DNA of 64,000 nt, from the IMG/VR virus record IMGVR_UViG_3300035498_000778, positions 32,001-96,000 of that record; one strand, written 5' to 3'. The translations under genes were made by a program, and so were the position numbers. Under the pieces are notes generated by a model. It worked only from the letters and a program-made list of their open reading frames with translations, was not told where the DNA came from and did not search any database. Positions 58,089-64,000 of the stretch are shown here, one piece after another; position 1 is the first letter of the stretch; every line of letters begins with the position of its first letter. This DNA is from a virus. Taxonomy: Duplodnaviria; Caudoviricetes.

Positions 58089-61000
58089 TTATAGAATTAG
58101 CGCACGTATATGCGTATCATCTATACGCTTGATCATGCGAATATTTGTTTTTTCTTCTGAGTATGTAGCAATACCGTTAACGGCTGTCACATACTTATTC
58201 TTTTTACATGTACCATCATCAATACATACAAGTTTACCTAAGAATCCAACCATATCCCATTCTGATCTATCTTTACGTGAAACATATTCTTTAGTTTCAT
58301 CCCAGTCTGCACTTACCTTATCTACCATTCGGCTCCATTCCTCATACTTAACAGTACCGTCTTCATTATACTGAGCAGGGTATGTTACCTCTTCTTGTAT
58401 AATCTTTCCAAAGATATCATGTTCATACTTGTCATGCCATTCATCATCGTAACAGTCACCTATTACTATTGGGTCTGATGATATAATACCTATAATATCA
58501 TCACCTTTATTAGCTAACTTCATCTTACTTTCAGAATATTCATCATCACTGTCTGATAAGGATACTAATAATCCTCTTCTATCATCATCCTCTGGATTAC
58601 CATCTTCCCATTCCATATACTCAGCATAGTCGGCTGTACCAGATATAGTACCGTATATACTCTTAATATATCCGTACGCGAATGGATAAGATTTTTCTCC
58701 AACATACGAGTTTGCAGAACCTGTGGTTATTCTTGATATTATAACCCCATTTCGCTGTATCTGAAACCCTTTTGTATCGTTTACACGATTTAATATGAAT
58801 GATCCGTCAGTGATATATGCGGAATGACTGTTAACCTTAAAATCTAGGTTAGCGTCTATTTCTGTCTTAGTTATTTCAAACGCGTTGGATCGCGTGTAGG
58901 TACTACTATCATTATATGTAGTCCATGTACCGTTTCCGACACTGAATATAGTTGAGTCAACCGTTGAGCTGTTAGCTTTACCTAAGGCTATTTCATATTG
59001 GTTAGTAGTCGTTAGACCTGTGCCAAAACAATAAGTTCGGTGGTTCGCGGGTGTATTGCATTGACCCATTACATAGTTGAGTGTGTATTCTGAACTATTA
59101 GAACAGCCCAATACATACGATCCTATATTATTATACTGGAGCCTATCAGACTTCGCATATGTAAACGAATTATTGAAACCTAAGATCATCGAACCGTAAC
59201 AAGTACTGCTATTATTTCCACCGTAAATTATAGAATATGGTGCTGTAACAGTATTATCATGACCTCCACATAAACAACTTGAGCTGTCTGAATTTAAATT
59301 GTTAGACCAGCCCTCAACGATAGAATAAGGCGCGTCTACGGTATTATTATAACCCCCAACAATAGAATCCTTTCCACTCACAGTGTTTTCCTCACCAAAC
59401 ACAGATGTGTTGGTAGCATCAGATGTTAGACTGTTTTTGTAACCTCCAACAACCGTATTATTACCAGCACATGTATTACTATTTCCGTGTACGAATGATC
59501 TATCACCGCTTGCAGTACAACCGTTACCACCAGCATGTGAATCTGTTCCTGACGCGGTGCATGATCCGCCTTCAACATGTGATCTTGCTCCGCTCGCAGT
59601 ACCACCATTACCTTCTGCATGTGCTGATGAATTTGTCGCTTTTGTTCCATTACCTTCTGCATGGCTATTATTTCCACTCGCGGTAGTTTGATAACCCTCC
59701 GCATGCGCTTGTGGACCGCTAACGGTACAGCTATTACCTTCAACATGAGCGTCCGCTACTGCATTGATTTTGTTATTGTAGCCTTCAGCATGTGAGTCTC
59801 TTGATGAACCAGTAATGGTATTATTATATCCTTCAACATGAGCACCGCTACTTGCACTATTGTCAATAACGTTCTGGTATCCTTCGACATGTGAGTAGGC
59901 GCCAAGTGTAGCAGTACTGGATCCTTCTGCATGTGAGTAATTACCAATCGCGTAATTTGCTGAATTATTAAATACTTCGGCGCCTGTGCCTCCGGTAGAA
60001 CTAGCGATAGAATTAGAATTAATAGTTTTTGCACTGTAGCTATATCCTTCTCTTAAGTGGCCGACGCCATACAACTGACTATCAGAAAGTTTTATAGTGT
60101 CATTATCTATATAGCTACTTAAGTTTTTATTACTGAGCAATGTATACCATTCTGACCAAGTGGTGCTACCATTGGAACCACTGCCGCCTCTATATTGTAA
60201 GCCGTTTGCACTAACTCCATTTGTAATAAATAGCTGCGCACCAAAACCTGCTGTTGTATCCCATCCGAATGTTAATATGTATCCATCACCCATCGGTTTA
60301 TTAGATGTCATAGAACTTGTCGCAACCATCAAACTTAATGATGACTTCTGTAATGTCGTCAAATACTCACTTACATCATTAGCGTCAGCCTTTCTATTAT
60401 TACCACTGTAATAGTATGGAGATACAATATATTCATGCGTATGATCGCTGTCAGCTTTAGTATCAAGAGCATCGCATACAACCTTATTTTGGATAGCGTT
60501 GGTACTTGAGTAGTCTAATGAACTATCGACTATTACTCTAGTCGCTCTATTCTCAATCTGGGATAATTTCGTCTTATCAGCAGAACTCATAAGACCATCT
60601 GAAATCGTAGTAGCATTATTATAAACATGGACTATGTAATCCGCCCATGCTGCCGTACCATCACCGGTACATAATAACATCTGTCCATCTTCACCTCCAC
60701 TTGGAATATGCATATATCCAGATGTCGTAGGATGAACATAGTTATTAGCGCCAGCCGCAATGCCGTCTAATTTAGTCTTATCACTAGAACTCATAAGACC
60801 TGATGTGCTTGTGGTAGCTACACCGTAGGTCGTATCTGTTGGTATGACCCATGTACCGTCACCTCTTAAAAATGATGTCTGCTTACCCGCAGCTGGTGCT
60901 GGCACTAAACCACTTGTACCAGTACTACTTGATGTAGCACCAGTCATAACATCGTAAGTTATATTTTCAGAACCTGAGGTAATAGTACCGGTTGTACCAT

Positions 61001-61424
61001 CACCCTTAGTATACGTTATAGTATTACCCGTAGCAGAGAGAGATTTAATGTATGTACTAGAAATCTCCTGTCCGTTACTATCGTTTGTTGCACTAGTAGC
61101 TGATGTTGCGCTGGTTGCATTACCATTAAAAGCGGTTGCAGTAACAGAACCGGATACATCCAAACCACCGGATCCAACATGTACTACGCCTGTGTTGTTA
61201 TTGATATATAGATCGTTCGCGTTGCTACCAGTACCTGATGAAACTGGTGTGTTACTTAAATCAGTATAACTACCAGAGTACGCTACGGTTTTGGTATCTG
61301 ATATATACTTACTTATCTTACCCATCATTGTCTTTATACTTTCTCCAGAAGTAATATTACTTCTGGAGGTTGCTGTAGAAAATCCCACTGTGATATCTAC
61401 ATCATTCATTTCTATATTAGCCAT
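58089..61424 (-). CDS. Tail fibre/spike with YadA-head-like repeats and a C-terminal peptidase G2-like autocleaving domain
   Basis: SHAEG and AHVEG repeats; GLMSS.DKTKL fibre repeats; ADYAEYMEWEDGNP..DDRRG. Confidence 0.8.
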   Translation of the reverse strand: MANIEMNDVDITVGFSTATSRSNITSGESIKTMMGKISKYISDTKTVAYSGSYTDLSNTPVSSGTGSNANDLYINNNTGVVHVGSGGLDVSGSVTATAFNGNATSATSATSATNDSNGQEISSTYIKSLSATGNTITYTKGDGTTGTITSGSENITYDVMTGATSSSTGTSGLVPAPAAGKQTSFLRGDGTWVIPTDTTYGVATTSTSGLMSSSDKTKLDGIAAGANNYVHPTTSGYMHIPSGGEDGQMLLCTGDGTAAWADYIVHVYNNATTISDGLMSSADKTKLSQIENRATRVIVDSSLDYSSTNAIQNKVVCDALDTKADSDHTHEYIVSPYYYSGNNRKADANDVSEYLTTLQKSSLSLMVATSSMTSNKPMGDGYILTFGWDTTAGFGAQLFITNGVSANGLQYRGGSGSNGSTTWSEWYTLLSNKNLSSYIDNDTIKLSDSQLYGVGHLREGYSYSAKTINSNSIASSTGGTGAEVFNNSANYAIGNYSHAEGSSTATLGAYSHVEGYQNVIDNSASSGAHVEGYNNTITGSSRDSHAEGYNNKINAVADAHVEGNSCTVSGPQAHAEGYQTTASGNNSHAEGNGTKATNSSAHAEGNGGTASGARSHVEGGSCTASGTDSHAGGNGCTASGDRSFVHGNSNTCAGNNTVVGGYKNSLTSDATNTSVFGEENTVSGKDSIVGGYNNTVDAPYSIVEGWSNNLNSDSSSCLCGGHDNTVTAPYSIIYGGNNSSTCYGSMILGFNNSFTYAKSDRLQYNNIGSYVLGCSNSSEYTLNYVMGQCNTPANHRTYCFGTGLTTTNQYEIALGKANSSTVDSTIFSVGNGTWTTYNDSSTYTRSNAFEITKTEIDANLDFKVNSHSAYITDGSFILNRVNDTKGFQIQRNGVIISRITTGSANSYVGEKSYPFAYGYIKSIYGTISGTADYAEYMEWEDGNPEDDDRRGLLVSLSDSDDEYSESKMKLANKGDDIIGIISSDPIVIGDCYDDEWHDKYEHDIFGKIIQEEVTYPAQYNEDGTVKYEEWSRMVDKVSADWDETKEYVSRKDRSEWDMVGFLGKLVCIDDGTCKKNKYVTAVNGIATYSEEKTNIRMIKRIDDTHIRALIL

Positions 61425-61445
61425 AATTTATCACCTCATATTAAT

Positions 61446-62960
61446 CTATTTAACATTTAGCTTCAATGTATCGTTTACAGAAATTAGATCTACGATTGTG
61501 GCTTCTAATTTGCTCACTCTCTCAGTTAGATCATCAATTAGATCCTTCAATGCTTTACCTTGTGCAGCAGATAGAGACTCTGTGGTACTAGTACTTGTCA
61601 GTACGTTTTGTACTCCTCTCCAAGTATTTGTGTCGGTAAATTTAGCATCGCTTGGCACTGAAGCTTCTATAGTATATGTACAAGCAGTAGGTTTACCACT
61701 TGTAAAGTATACAGGTTGAGTTGCACTACCTGCAGTACTAGTATCAAGCTTAACTGCAGATGTGGCTGAACCACCCGCTGTAGTTGAACCAGCATACATA
61801 TGCGTATGGCCAACGTCTGCCTTACCACTTAATTGAGTTTGAATAGACTCAGTAACGCCTGACACATAATTTAATTCCGTTGCGCTTGAAGTAACTCCGA
61901 GATCGCTTAAAGTAACATTATGTGGGTTTCCGGATGTAAGTTGTGAATGTACATATGCAGTATTACCATAGTCACCTCTATATGCTGTACTAGAGGTTGT
62001 ACCTAAGGCTAAAGTTTCACTAATGACCACATATGTACTACCTGACCATCTGTAAATCTTTTTACTACTTAAGCACACATATATCTTACCGGATTCTTCA
62101 TCAATCTTATCTGTAAAAGAGCTATCAATGTAGAATCTATCAGTATTGCTGTCGTAGTATCCTTCTAGCACGTCATCTACATAACTAGGTAGTTGTGCAG
62201 CAGGCACAGTTCCGTTAGAATCGAGTTCAGCTAGACCGTTAACAGCACCTTTTAAATTAGAATTTAAAGGTGTATAACCTAATGATGAAGTTACGTCACT
62301 TGCGCTGATTTCACTTATGATAGTAGCAGCACTTTTATTTTCAACATTATCTAATCCAATATTAGCTTTAGTGATATTGATTTGACCAGTTCTGTAGCTT
62401 GTTTCACTATCACCTTTAACGCCAGTAACTGAGTTTACCTGTGCGCCCGCATCAATTCCTTCTAGCTTTGTCTTATCAGCAGCACTCATAAGACCATCTG
62501 CAGTTATAGTAGCATTAGGATAAGTACTGTCTTGTAGTATAACAGTTCCTGTTTCGTTATTACCCTTTGTATAAGTAATAACATTGCCTGAAGCAGAAAG
62601 ATCCTTAATGTACGTTACTGTTATTTCTTGATCAGATCCATCATTGGTAGCTTTAGTTGCTGATGTAGCGTTACCACTAAATGTCTTAGCAGTAACTGAA
62701 CCAGTGACATCTAGACCACCTGTACCAATGTGTACAACGCCAGTGTTGTTATTGATATAAAGATCGTTGTTGTTGGTACTAATTGGTGCATTGTCTAAGT
62801 CATTATAATCGTTTGAGTAAGCAATAGACTTTGTGTCAGATATATACTTACTTATCTTACCCATCATCGTCTTGATATTCTCGCCTGAGCTTATGTTTTC
62901 TCTACTGTCAGCCTCATCAAATTCGACATTTATCTGGGCGTTTATAGTTCTTTCAGCCAT
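61446..62960 (-). CDS. Tail fibre protein
   Basis: GLMSAADKTKL, NIGLDNVEN, QLPSYVDDV, NPHNVT, LSAAQGKALK; N-terminus homologous to the 58089 gene; late promoter 62990-63001 (-). Confidence 0.8.
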   Translation of the reverse strand: MAERTINAQINVEFDEADSRENISSGENIKTMMGKISKYISDTKSIAYSNDYNDLDNAPISTNNNDLYINNNTGVVHIGTGGLDVTGSVTAKTFSGNATSATKATNDGSDQEITVTYIKDLSASGNVITYTKGNNETGTVILQDSTYPNATITADGLMSAADKTKLEGIDAGAQVNSVTGVKGDSETSYRTGQINITKANIGLDNVENKSAATIISEISASDVTSSLGYTPLNSNLKGAVNGLAELDSNGTVPAAQLPSYVDDVLEGYYDSNTDRFYIDSSFTDKIDEESGKIYVCLSSKKIYRWSGSTYVVISETLALGTTSSTAYRGDYGNTAYVHSQLTSGNPHNVTLSDLGVTSSATELNYVSGVTESIQTQLSGKADVGHTHMYAGSTTAGGSATSAVKLDTSTAGSATQPVYFTSGKPTACTYTIEASVPSDAKFTDTNTWRGVQNVLTSTSTTESLSAAQGKALKDLIDDLTERVSKLEATIVDLISVNDTLKLNVK

Positions 62961-63037
62961 TTGGCTCAACTCCTTTTCTTTTTTAATGTTATAAGAATGT
63001 TTCTTGTTGAAACTTTCCACTTATAACCATAAAAATA

Positions 63038-63050
63038 ATTATATATTATA
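63038..63050 (+). promoter_or_regulatory. Early promoter
   Basis: ATTATATATTATA. Confidence 0.7.
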
Positions 63051-63100
63051 TTTGTGTAAGAAAAACAAACATAATAAAAGATACTCGGAGGTATAAAATT

Positions 63101-63910
63101 ATGAGTACAATTATGACTGCAACCGTTAAAGGAAAAGCTAACAATCATGAAGCTGTTGAAGCTTTCGCCAATATGTTAAACGTAGGAGTTAGAAACGCTC
63201 AGCGTTCATACTACACAATTGGTGCTAAGGATTATATAATTCTTGGTACAAACATAAATACGTCAAACATATTAGACATGGTAACAGAAGGTGACATGAT
63301 ATGCTTTGAAGGTGTAATTGATTGTAAAGAATCAATTATCGTTAGAATGGGAAGTGATATGGAATCTATGGGTATGAATGAGCCTATACAGGATTCTGAT
63401 AGAACTCTCTATCCTATCAGTATAAAACAGTTATTCGAACTCGTCCCAGATATTATGGAGATTGAGATTGATGGTAAGAATGAAGAAACTATGCAGGCTG
63501 AATCTATATATGTCAGACGAGAGGAATCTGGTTGTATTGCGTACAGTGAAGTGTCAGAACCTCTGGTGGGTTATATATGCTTAGACTGTTTAGCCAATTC
63601 TGTACAGAATCTTATAGCTGAACTTAAAGTTGTGCCTGACAGTTACACTCCAAATGACACGTATGAGTTTTATCAGACTATACCAAAATCATATCTTGAG
63701 TCAATAACTTGCGAAAATGATACACGACACAATAACTTCATCATTGATAGCGAATGGGGTTATAACGATGATAACGATATATTCGAATTGATGTGTAGTG
63801 CCGTTAAAACTGTTGTAAATGATTGGTCAGAAAACGATGAATCTACCGCTGACGATAATAGTCGCTTAGCTGGTACTTTAAAAGAATTAATATTAAGCGC
63901 AACCAAATAA
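63101..63910 (+). CDS. Acidic early hypothetical protein
   Basis: GGAGGT SD; terminator about 63914-63940. Confidence 0.7.
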   Translation: MSTIMTATVKGKANNHEAVEAFANMLNVGVRNAQRSYYTIGAKDYIILGTNINTSNILDMVTEGDMICFEGVIDCKESIIVRMGSDMESMGMNEPIQDSDRTLYPISIKQLFELVPDIMEIEIDGKNEETMQAESIYVRREESGCIAYSEVSEPLVGYICLDCLANSVQNLIAELKVVPDSYTPNDTYEFYQTIPKSYLESITCENDTRHNNFIIDSEWGYNDDNDIFELMCSAVKTVVNDWSENDESTADDNSRLAGTLKELILSATK

Positions 63911-64000
63911 AATAAAAAGAGAGCATTGAGCTCTCTTTTTTCTTGTTATTTCACATCTATTAATACGGTATTCTCTCTTTTTAGAACACACATAAATCTA

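Noticed and set aside
139-61719. Numerous antisense or nested ORFs in the track, for example 139-831, 45992-46552, 48560-49111 and 61291-61719
   Set aside because: They shadow longer genes, lack SD or promoter signals and reflect codon bias
1-64000. tRNA or rRNA genes, alternative genetic code, chimallin or PhuZ nucleus genes
   Set aside because: No cloverleaf or rRNA sequence recognised; conserved genes are intact in code 11 and use TAA and TAG stops; no nucleus genes are recognisable in this window

Overview
AT-rich segment of a jumbo phage genome of the phiKZ/AR9(PBS1)-like type, probably infecting a Firmicutes host (strong AGGAGG Shine-Dalgarno sites, M15 endolysin). It encodes split multisubunit RNA polymerase subunits: a beta'-N subunit interrupted inside its catalytic NADFDG/D motif by a group I intron carrying an HNH endonuclease, a beta-C fragment and a probable gp226/gp68-like specificity subunit. 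Also present are a split B-family DNA polymerase, primase, DnaB, SbcC, a RecD-like helicase, GroEL, dUTPase, ThyX, NrdG, NADAR, a GT2, a DHH phosphoesterase, tail fibres and many paralogous internal-head-like proteins. Two promoter classes can be read directly from the sequence: early (A)TTATATATTATA, five of them with CCGTAA exactly 14 nt upstream, and late WACA-N6-TA. The most novel-looking signals are: (1) a six-copy pseudoknot RNA leader carrying a near-invariant UUCUAUGUUCC in front of early genes, supported by covariation; (2) a tandem array of capsid-cargo-like genes with a constant N-terminus and swapped C-termini, separated by near-identical palindromic spacers; (3) a candidate late anti-Shine-Dalgarno sRNA; (4) a stand-alone early transcription unit encoding a 10-aa peptide; (5) AR9-type promoters, which in AR9 need uracil, in a phage carrying dUTPase and ThyX. 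All calls come from motif recognition by eye; no database searches were run.
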